DNA of 64,000 bases from Hormiphora californensis (lineage: Eukaryota; Animalia; Ctenophora). Made by a program: the position numbers and the translations under genes. The stretch spans positions 1,922,001 to 1,986,000 of the forward strand of contig CM035354.1 of assembly GCA_020137815.1 (NCBI GenBank), written 5' to 3'. Below the pieces are notes generated by a model. It was not told the DNA's origin. It did no database searches and worked only from the letters and a program-made list of their open reading frames with translations. How positions within the stretch are numbered: the first letter of the stretch is position 1; every line of letters starts with the position of its first letter. Below are positions 38,792 through 50,300 of this stretch, piece after piece.

Positions 38792-41700
38792 TCAAAAATG
38801 GGTCATAGCAAACTGTGGCCCCATAGATTTCCTCCTTGTTCCCACGATTCTCTGCCAGGAAATCGCCTCTTCATCTTCATCATCATCCTCATCGTCATCA
38901 TTCGACTTGCTCTCCGATGGGAGGCCCTGAAAATTAGTTTGTTCAATGTACAGTACATGACATTTACCTGGTTTGTCAGGGGAAACTTTGGTGTAAATTC
39001 TAAATAAAAATTTATTACATAATTTATTCCGAAAAGTAAACGTTACATAATGCTTCCTTCCTCAATGAAGAAGGTGTTCTTTTCAGAGGGTTTCTCTCTC
39101 TAGCTTGTTCTAGGCATTACTTAATATGCTATGACACAGCTTTAAGTTTCGTCCTTTGAATCGAACCTTAGGGGTGGCATGCGAGTGCACATTGTAAAAT
39201 TTTGAGCTATAACAAACTGGTTATATTGCCGGCAGTGGTACATTTTCAAGGTATGACGGCTGGGCGTGGTACCTGTTTCTGTCCCACTAAAAAAACGTTA
39301 GAAAGATGAGCGTGGACGAACTCTCTCACGAACTCTCTCATAAACTCTCACTCTTGTTTTAAATTTTTTTACCTGACTTCATGCAACAATTATAATGTCG
39401 CAGATTCTTACACTTTTAGACCTCGCAGGCTAGGTCAAAAAAAAACTACATCATTCGCAGGCTCGTGAGGTAGTTACACTTAGTGGCACTCGCAGGCTCG
39501 TGCACTAAAGTACAAGAATCTGCCTCGACCTTTGGTCTCGGATCATTATTGTTGCACTCACATCACCCGACCTTCGATCACGTGATAAAACTTGCAGGCA
39601 TAATAAAATCCTACATAACATAATACATTTGGTAAACTATACCTTGGATAATCTCTTCATAAGTGAGTTAAGTTGTTTATTCTTCTTCATTTCTCGCTGG
39701 TAGACCCTTTCCAAGTGTTTGCTCAAGATAGGAATCGGTATCGCAAAAAGAGGCACACCCGATATAGCACACAGACCACCAACAATTTTTCCCGGTGTTG
39801 TGTGAATCGTAGGAGTTCCATAGCCAATCGTTGTTATGGTGATTAAACTCCACCTAGGGGTTGATATGGTGATTAAACTCCACCTAGGGGTTGTTATGGT
39901 GATTAAACTCTACCTAGTGGTTGATATGGTGATTAAACTCCACCTAGTGGTTACTGGTTATTATGGTGATTATCAAGATCGTATAGCTCTTTTCTTTTCT
40001 ACTTTGTACCTGACAAATTCCCCTGATTACTAACCAGACGTATTCGATGATGCTGAGATGCCCTTCTTCGTCATCATCCCCCTTCATACCATGACACCCG
40101 CACGATGAGCTGTTGTGCTGAAATAAAAATGATCTTTATTTAAAATATATTTAAATTCTATTTAAATTCTATTCTTTTAAGTTGTCAGAGATAAAATATC
40201 ATTCGCTCTATAGCCTAGATGATAGAATAACAAAAACTCTGAAGTCTGACAATCAAAATGAGGCTGATAAACAGTTATTCTATCATGATTGAATTGACAT
40301 TTCACTACTATGTATTTCACTACTGACATTTCACTACTATTAACTTTAAAGACCTGATAGTTAGATGCATCTAACTATCAGGTCTTTAAAATTAATGGTA
40401 GTGAAATGTCAGTTTAATTTCAGTAATCTGTCATGATAATTTTAAAATCTAAAAGACAAATTCACGAAATTTGCACAGTAGATTACCTGTGGTGGAGTGT
40501 GCTCAGAGAGGTTTGGAGACTTCGGTTCCTTCACCTCTACCAGATACTCGAAACACGCGAAGATAAACACAATAACAAAGACGAAGAGCAACACTGAAAT
40601 TAGCTCCCGTGAAGCTTCCTTCAGTGCCATACCAAGAGAATTCAGGAGAAGAGAGTGCCGTGAGAGCCGTAAAATTCGAACACTAAATGCCAGTCGTATA
40701 GAGGTTTGAATGAAGCGATTGTAAGTGAGAGGGGTATGAGCCGTGGCCACCAGAACCGCGAAAGAGGTTATCACGACTAGGTCAATGACAGCTTGGAAGC
40801 TCTGAAGGAAATCCTTCTTTTTCGGTGCGGCGTAGAAGTAGAGAAAGAAGGAGAAGAGAAACCACAGCACACAGAAGGTGTCTAGAATGACAAAAAGGCG
40901 GAGAGACCCATATCTTTCATAGAAGTCATGTTCTTCCCCGCGTATCCCGGAACGGAACTGTGGCATAGTCGCTGTTATGAAGCTTATCACTGACAGCAAT
41001 ATGAAACAAATATCGAAAAATGTGAAGATTTTAGTTCTTGCGGAGCTCTTATGGTAAAGGAGGAGGTAGACACTGGATTGCCATGACATCGGATCACTCG
41101 GCACCATCCACTCATAATTCTCATGCACCTCTGTCTCGTATGGGCCCACTGTTATCTTGGAGTGTTTGATCCCAAAGAACGTCAAGTGATCCAGAAACAC
41201 TTCCGCATTGACTCCTTTAGGTGAGCGGAGTATATCACTTTGGTAGTAGTACAGGATGGACTCAAAACAATCACTTCGAATTCCAGGAAAGTTGAAATGT
41301 CCTTCTGTGTGGTCGAAGTAGTCGAATTTTTCATTGGTCCCAAAAAGTGTATTTGGGTGTCGAGCAAGAGTGGTCCATTGTGTTTGAAACATGGCTCCAA
41401 TCACTTTTATGTATGCAAACCGGGCGTAATTTCGTTCCTTGCACAAGCAGACAGTATCAGGAACAAGCATGTCGGGAGTGGTTTCAAAGAAGTCAGGAAC
41501 GGGATTAAACCTCACCCTTCTTCTCACGGGTACTCGGACAAGTTTTGGGGAAGCGTCACTCAGCTCTGCCGCATCATCTGAACTAGACTCTGGCATGAAG
41601 AAGTTCCGAACCAGGTAATAGTGGTATGAGTGGTCATTGAAAAGATTTTCCGTTACGATGGGTACTCGGACTATTCTCTGTTTCGAATTACCAGACTTTT

Positions 41701-42286
41701 TTTGCGGTTGCTGTGGTTGCGGGGTGTTGTCGGCGCTCAGCAGAGTAGACGCCTTCACGTGAGACACCGGGGTGTCCTCGACAATGGTTAGCGAGGTCTT
41801 TCTAATATTTTCAGGGGAAGGCGAGACAAGGTTAACAGACGGAATGGAGTTTAGTGGTTTGGGGGTGCTACCCATTACGCACTCGATGTTAAACCCAGTT
41901 GACGCGTCCTGCTGCAGGGCAGGGTCACTGATCGGGCTGGGACTACTGCTGTCACTAGAACTCTCCGCGGCATGTGTCCCGAGTGTTCCGTTGCAGGTTG
42001 GTAGGGGCGGCGGTGCACACAGTTTAGGGCCATCCACGGGAGGGGAGATGAGCGGAAGTTCCTCCTCCACCTCCTCCTCAAGTGTCGTCGCAGAGAGGAG
42101 AGCCAGCTCGAGTGATCGTTTCCTGGCAGGGGAAAGAATCCTGATCGAGTCTCGGGTGTTACGAATCGCTTTCTTGTGTACATTTTGCAGGGGGTCTGGA
42201 GGAGTTGGAGGGGCCAGTGTATTTTCATCGATGGACGACGAACATGAAGATGAAAATGAACTTTGTTTTAGGAGGCTTTTCAACAT
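38792..42286 (-). CDS. Shaker-family voltage-gated K+ channel subunit. Exons 42286-40487, 40117-40035, 39853-39643, 38926-38792
   Basis: T1 domain (FQTQWTTLARHPNTLFG..FESILYYYQS), S1-S3, S4 VRILRLSRHS, S5, pore WWSLITITTIGYG, S6 GKIVGGLCAISGVPLFAIPIP; exon phases are consistent; extra small exons cannot be excluded. Confidence 0.92.
39830..39952 (-). repeat. 30-bp tandem repeat (4 copies) spanning the acceptor of the Kv pore exon
   Basis: Minus-strand unit CTAG|GTGGAGTTTAATCACCATA(T/A)CAACC(C/A). Confidence 0.9.
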
Positions 42287-42848
42287 GTTTCTTTCTTTTT
42301 TCCGGCCTGTCGTGGAGAGAAGGCGACTGGTGAAGCTGGAGAGTCCCTTGCCCCCTCCGCCCTGTTGTTGGCTGTCCGACTGATCATGTAGTTGGACAGA
42401 CAGGGATCGACAGGCCAGGGAGGGGAGATTGGAGTACGTGTTTGTCGTTTCGTTTAGTTAGGTCGGTCCACGAACCTCTCATTGTCATACCACTGTGTAG
42501 ATAATTTAATATTAGATAACAGAGGTATCATCTCTGCAGAGCATTATATTGAAACTGACTACTATATAATCATAGGACCGTGCCAAGTAGTTTCAACCCA
42601 AATTAAAAGACATAATAATATAGGCCAGTGATTTTTTATACTATGGTATATTGCTATACTGTGGTATAAATTTTTCCGGTTTGTAACACCATACTACTAT
42701 GTATAATAACAAATAATCGCAATTTAATATTTCAGTACTAAGTTATAGTAAGTTTGATGAGTATGAGTTTGTATGAGTTTGTGTGTGTCTCGCAAAATTA
42801 TTGGAAAGGTAGCAATACTTGCTGGTCGACATACAGATAGAGAAACAA

Positions 42849-42965
<117 letters not shown>

Positions 42966-43495
42966 AGAGAGAAATTAAAAGCTAGAGATGTGTGCAAACG
43001 AGCTCGGCTTTATTAGCTGGGCTAGCGAGCTATGGAGGTAGGTAGCGAGAAAAAGAGGAAGCGAAGAGAGGGAGGTGGGAATAGAATGAGATAGAGTCAC
43101 CGATAATATAACGGTGGTAGGAAAACTCAAACCATGGTGCATTTAAAGAGATGTGAGAGGGAGCAATATATATAACAACTAAGGTGTTACCTTTTATCAT
43201 GACAAATATATGTGGATATGTGTATGATAATTACGTGAAATTAAAATAGAAAGCAAAGCTCACGTGCTGTGTGTGTGTGTGCTACTGGTGGCTATGTAAA
43301 TTTTGGGGCCGTCATGTCGTGATATCATTTCCAGAAACTATAGTACAGAAGCTGTACGGTGAAATTTCCTGTGAAAAGAATTATAATTATCCGAATATAT
43401 TCGAACAGCGTAATGACGATAATAAACTTTTGACTTAATTTTGTCTTACCTTACAAATTTCTTTGTCTTCTTTGTCTTCTTCGGAGAGATTATAC

Positions 43496-43580
43496 TGTCA
43501 GAGCATTGGCCTGACCTTATTCTCATTTCTTTCTGCACGCGGAGCGCGCGAGAACTGTGGTCAGAGCATTGGCCTGACAG
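43496..43580. mobile_element. Representative of an abundant ~60-85-bp mini-element family CTGTCAG(A/G)...CTGACAG (also ~6572, 8226, 11385, 15206, 15370, 25008, 28286, 29131, 48802)
   Basis: Shared GTCAGAGCATTGGCCTGAC repeated twice around TATTCTCATTT; about 10 copies in the window. Confidence 0.8.
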
Positions 43581-44316
43581 AGATTATAAGAACAGTGTCA
43601 TGTCTTCCTCGGGAGATTGAACCAACAAGAAACTACCGCACGATGTAAAGACGGGTTTGAAACAAGTTCGACCCTAAAGAATTCCAAACTTGAACATTAC
43701 ACAGAATAACTATAATACTTTCCCTGTCAGCTCCAGCATCTATTTAATATTTCTGAACCTATGAAAACGAAGGCATTTATTCGCATTCATTAATTCCTGC
43801 GAAGTTGGGTATTGCTCAAACACGTGTGAATACAATGCACGATCCCACGTCCATGAATCATGTCTTCATTGAAAGGACTGGCTGTGTGTATATAATATCG
43901 ATGATTGCATCGTGTGTGTATGTCCCGCACGCCCCTCTCAGATGATCGGAGCTAGTATGTATTGGTGACCCCCCTCACAGTGCTCCTTTCACTGAGTATT
44001 ATACAGACGGGCTCTATATCTGCTGGTATATTGGTGACCCCCAATGGGACGCTGCTGCTCTGAGCTCTGAGATGTTATTAATCAAAGACCGATCAGCGTA
44101 AACAAGAGCTCCCCCTCTCTCTCTGCTGATCACTGATTGGATCAGTTTTGATAGCGAATACTCGAAGTTGTTGCTTCTATGTAATACTGGACCTATTTCT
44201 GATAAGGCTTACTTTTAAACATCCCGTACGTTCACGCCGCGTTGATCCTAATAAACCAGTGCATTACTTATCGAAAGAGAAACACCTCAGTAGTTCTCCC
44301 CCTCTAGTCTATCAGC

Positions 44317-47300
44317 ATGTTCTCCTCGGAACAGTCCACCACGACAGACGATTTCCAGGTAAGTCGGTGTGTATGTATTGAGTGTGTGATGTCTAAAACA
44401 TATTTCTACAGTATAACTAAAATATTTATTATATATGAAAATTCCAGGAGGATTCACCAGAATTCAGGAGATCTCGTCGCTATGGTTTCCTCAACTACCG
44501 ACCAGACTTCCTACAGTTCATGTGCACTCCGAACGCCTTCCTCGCCGTCTTCTCCTCCTGCTCTTTCTTCATCACCTTCACATACGCCATGAACTCCATG
44601 GTTCTTGATAGCATTGAGAGGAATTTCAGCTTGTCCAGGTACTGGAGTCTAGAATTCCGTTTCCATGGAGTCCATAAGAATCTAGAATTGGTCCTACTCT
44701 CTTTGTGTTCACATAAGTGAGAGAGTCTAGTCAACTGAATCCATGTCTAGACCGTTATTCCATGCAGTAAATGGTTTCATGATGGAGGTTTACACATTTG
44801 GATGATAGAAACAGCTGTACGTAATTTAGCAATTTCAAAGGATTTTAAACATCTGACACATTGGAAGAATGACATAATTTCATTTTGCAGCGTTAAATCG
44901 AGCACTTTAGTGGCTATAACCGATGTCGCAAGTGTCGCAAGTGCCCTGTTCTTCTGTCAGTTCTGCGATCGACATAAGGTAATGCTAGATCGGGATAGGT
45001 AATTTAATGAATAATGAACTCAATTCATATAAATGACTTGTCGCCATAAGGTAATGGCCTATCGACATTATAAGGTAATGCTATCGGGATAGGTAATTTC
45101 AGAATTTAATGAATAATGAACTCAATTCATATAAATGACCTGTCGCCATAAGGTAATGGCCTATCGACATAAGGTAACAGTGGTCCTCCGACATATTCCG
45201 ACGTGAAATTCGACCTGAATCTCGACCTGGAATGAGGCGCGCATCAGAGAGATGTGCCGCAGTAAGAAAATGATGTCGCGCTTCAACTCTTTTCTCTCGC
45301 TAGTCTTTGTGTCTCTCTCACTACGAATGCGCGCCTCATTCCAGGTCGAGATTCAGGTCGAATTTTACGTCGAGGTATGGCAATTATGTCGGATGACCAC
45401 TGTAATGCTATCGGGATAGGTAATTTCAGAATTTAGAATAATGAACTCAATTCATATAAATGACCTGTCGTACAGGAGCTTTTTGTATGATCGCGGGTGT
45501 GTCGTGCGTTTGTGAATTTCCAGATGCATTGCACTTATTAAAATGGTTCATTGAATTTTTTCAATACCAGATTAAAAAACCGTGCATGTGAAAATCTTGA
45601 GTACGGTATACCCTTTCTAAGTATTCCTATACAGGGTGTCCCACTGTCTTTGCATCACCTGCGATTTTGGGTCATAACCGGGCTCCATTAAACTAACCAA
45701 AACTCATCGAAAAATTGGTCAAAATGGTTCTAACAAAAACCAGTGTTCTAGAGAATTGTCTGGCGAACATTTTGGTTGCAAGATTGACTTTTAAAGTCTT
45801 ACCAATCGTCAGATATATCGTCGTAAAGTCAAAATTACGTGTTCATGAAATCCGACCGGGGTTCACGTTTTGAAAAATTCACAAATGCAAAGTTGCTCGG
45901 ATCACATTGCATCCCTCATAAGAGTTGTAGGAAATTGTCTGGCGGTCATTTTGGTACCCGGGTTTTTGTCCTAGCTCAATGTTTAGAGTGTCTTATGACT
46001 GTCAGAACTGGAATTTTCCCAAAAGTGGTCTCAGGTATCGCATTGCATTTTGCCCTATTATGAAGCTCATAGCTGCTTGAATAACATCTTAGTGCATGAT
46101 AGGGTTGAGATAGACTACTTGCGTATCCTACACATTAATAGGGGCCTTGCCAAATCGTCATAACAACCCTGTCAAGTGTCTAGATGAAATTGAGACGATA
46201 TGTGCTGATTATCATGGGATTACACACGACACCGAGCCACCTAATTAGGGGTTGTGAGCCGATACCAACTAAGACTCAGCATAGAAAAATCTTCATGTTC
46301 CTACAGTCATAACGCAACTTAAACGTAGAGCTATGGAAAAAACCATGGTATCAAAATGAACCTTAGACGATTCCAATGAAGCTCTTGTAAATTTCAAATC
46401 ATTTTACCCATTTGTTGATGACACGTGATCCCCTCAAAAATGCTGGTTGAATTTCGTCTTTAGACAGTCATAAGACACCCTAAACATTGAGCTAGGATAA
46501 AAACCCGGGTATCAAAATGACCGCCAGACAATTTCCTACAACTCTTATGGGGGATGCAATGTGATCCGAGCAACTTTACATTTGTGAATTTTTCAAAACG
46601 TGAACCCCGGTCGGATTTCATGAACACGTAATTTTGACTTTACGACGATATATCTGACGATTGGTAAGACTTGGAAAGTCAATCTTGCAACCAAAATGTT
46701 CGCCAGACAATTCTCTAGAACACTGGTTTTTGTTAGAACCATTTTGACCAATTTTTCGATGAGTTTTGGTTAGTTTAATGGAGCCCGGTCATGACCCAAA
46801 ATTGCAGGTGATGCAAAGACAGTGGGACACCCTGTAGATACAGGAAAGAGTATAGCAGAAGGGAGAGAGGGGACCTCATACCTCATAGTGCAAATCACTT
46901 GACCATTTAAAACGTTTCTTCTCCCTCTTTATCCTGGTTCTCACTGAGAATCTCAGCTACCTGGCGAGACGTTGAGCCTTCTTTGTGGGAGGCATAAAGA
47001 GAATTGGCATTATATATATCCATGGTAAACCCCCGGAACTAATTATTAAAACTACTTAATACATAAACTACTCGAAACTGCATATGTGTTTGACGTCGAT
47101 TGACCTCATACCTTTATACCTTTTTTATTCGAATTACTGCATCTTGGTAATTTATTAGATTGTCTCTCGGTAGTTTAACGCCACCCTACCTCTTTGTTCA
47201 GGTGAGGTGGTTAATGGGTGGTAATGTGCTCTTTATACTGGGAATCGGGATTCTGCTAGCCACAAAGAGGATGGTTAACATCGAGGACCTTTTTGGTACG

Positions 47301-50300
47301 TTGCAGCTGCAGGGGCCTTGTTAAGTAATTAATAATTATGCCGCAGCTTATGTTGCAGCCATGTTGAGTAAATGCCCGGCTTACTCAACAAACTACAAAG
47401 GGTGCCCGGGAGGCTTTTTGATGTATTTAAGAGTTGCGTGAGTGGGGGCATTAAACCATTATTTTAGGGCTCTAAGGATTCAGGTTCCGAAAAGACCGTT
47501 ATAAATAATACTCCTATTCCCAGCGAGAATCTTGGAAACCGATCGGTCCGGCTCTGAGTGTCTCAGTGAGGGGTGTGGTGGTCCTCGGGATGAACGAGAG
47601 TCATCCTACTCTGTGTATGGGGTCCTGTTGTTCTCTTACTTCCTCCAGGGAGTCGGAATCACCCCTCAGGGCATCCTCGGCGTGACGTACATCGATGAGA
47701 TCTTTCATCCCCACAAGGTGTGTAGTGTGGTGGGAATCTTTCCTTCAATCAGGGGGGGGCAGCTGTTATATTATAGAACTAATATTTGGGCCCAAGCTGC
47801 AGTTAGCTGATTTCACAGCAATATAATGCGAATGGAACACCTGTAATGCGTGCATTTTCAGGTGGCCTTTGTTCTGGCGGTCCAAGGTGGCGTGGCGCTC
47901 ATTGGTTACCCGGTATCCACGCTAATCGGAGGGAGAATCTTGAGGCAGTGGGTGACCCTTGAGGAGCCCCCTGTCAGCACTCTAAATCCCCGTTCACCGG
48001 GCTGGATTGGTGCTTGGTGGGTAGGATTCCTAGTTGGCCTGGTAGGTATTGAATCATGACGATTAAATAGCAGAACTTTGATCCGAATTTAAAGGGTGCT
48101 AATAATTTGTCAAAATTCAGTCAAAATTCGAATTTTTGTGACAAATAGAACGATATAGGAGTCGGTACGTCATGACACCTCATACGAAAAGGAATTTTCA
48201 AGAAAATTCTTTTACTACGGACGTAAGATATAATTCTACGATATACTTTGATCTGCCTCATTTTAGGTACCACTGATATTAAGTACATTGCCACTGGCGG
48301 GGTTCCCAAGACAAATGCCCGCTGCCATTGGGGTTCTAAAAGTGAAAAGGGAGAGTGGAATTGCCGCGGACCCCGTTTCAGACAAACCACTTTCAAACAA
48401 CCTTTCTATCAAGGTATATAAATCGCCCTCACCAGCCCATGATTGAGCACTATCCGTTGTCTCCCCACCCTGTGTATCAATATATTTAGTTATTGATTGA
48501 GCTGCATTTACACCATGTCTCCACGTGCTCTCAAGTTCTTGAGTAAGCTATAAACTATCAAAAGATTCATTTATATTGCCACATTTACATGATGATCGAT
48601 ATACTGCACCGTGCAGGGAATTGACATTTCTCTTCACCAGGAGTTTTTGGAGACACTAAAGCGGTTGTTTAGCAACACCTCCCTCGTCTTCCTGATACTG
48701 GGGGATATCATCCAGTTCCTTCAGATTGCTGCCTTTGTCTTCTTCACGCCTAAACTCATGTCTCACGCCTTCAAGTATGTGATGAACTTCGGGGTAGGTC
48801 TCTGTCAGGCCAATGCTGTGACCACAGTTCTCGTGTACTCCGAGAAAAATGAGAATAGGGTCAGGTCAATGCTCTGACAGGTAGGTTTAAGCTTGTGTTA
48901 TAAAGACAGATACATAAAATAATCATACCTTTTAGCCTTGGAGCATCCGCTGTCGGGCTGTATATCTGTATCATCTATGGGATTTCATTTCCTCTTGGAT
49001 CCCTTTTTGGTGGGCTGTTCATGAAGTGCATCAAGATGTCTGGTAAGAAGAATTGTGGGTTGGCATTATTTTATCAGCTCCATTTATAAGAGATTGATAA
49101 ACTATACTGATCTACCTGTTGTAGGAAAGCAGGCAGCACTGTTTATGGCCCTGACAACACTTGCCAGCACTCCATTTCTCCTTGGAAACATGCTGTACTG
49201 CAGAAAGGCACCCTTTGCTGGTGTCAACGACCACTATTCAGGCAAGAAAAATATTAAGAAAAGAAAATTTAACCAAATTTAGAAAATTTGACGGTTTTTA
49301 TGCAACTTTTGACAGCTTTTGACAGCTTCAGTCGGAGTTTTCATTAACCTAGCCTGTCACCATATAAAATCTCTCAAGTAAACAGCGAGATAGATTCTCC
49401 AGAATTCGAAAATACACATGTACAAGAAAAATTTGTCGGTTTTTATGCAACTTTTGACAGCTTCAGTCGGAGTTTTCATTCACCTCTCACCATATAAAAT
49501 CTCTCAATTAAACAGCGAGATGCACAAGAAAGCTTCGCGTATAATAAACACAACCTTATCCATTTATAGATCGCCGAGAATCCCTAATGACTTTGAGCGG
49601 AATAACCTCGGAACAGGACACAACTGTATCCCTTGACTCAATCGAAAACAGGTGAGAGCGGGACTCGATCGATATTAACTTATGCGTTACCATGACGACT
49701 GTTACCATGACAACTTTTACCATGACAACCGTTACCATGACAACCGTTACCATGACAATCTCCCAGCGGATAACTATATCATTGTTCTCATCATGACTTT
49801 AGTTTACGGAGTGGGTGCAATGAGGAATGCTCATGTTCCACTGTCCTATTCAACCCCGTGTGTGGGGAGGACAACAGGACCTACTTTTCGCCGTGTTTCG
49901 GGGGCTGCAGAGACTCCCCTTTAGTCACTTCAACCAACTTACTGGTGAGATTCTCACTAAGAAATATATGTGCCGAATATTCCAAAGAATCAAAATTATA
50001 GTTTTTACAGTGGTGCTCCGTCAAGTTGGCCGTCCACATAAAGTCTCCATTTTTTTGGGGGAGCTAACCAGCTTTATGTTTATGATTGACTATAAGCTTT
50101 TTAAAGGGGTGCATCTCGTTCGGAATATGCAAGTTTATATACGAGTTATGAAGCAACATAGGGCCTATCTCCAACGGTTTAGGAGATATGAGTTTTTGAA
50201 GTTTTTGAAGTTTTTGAAGTTTTCCACCCTAAGTTTCTCTTTGAAGTTTTTGAAGTTGACTTCAAAAACTTCAAAAACTTCAGCCGGCCCCCCCCCCCCG

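Noticed and set aside
41772-42383. 203-aa plus-strand ORF
   Set aside because: Antisense shadow of the Kv N-terminal exon.
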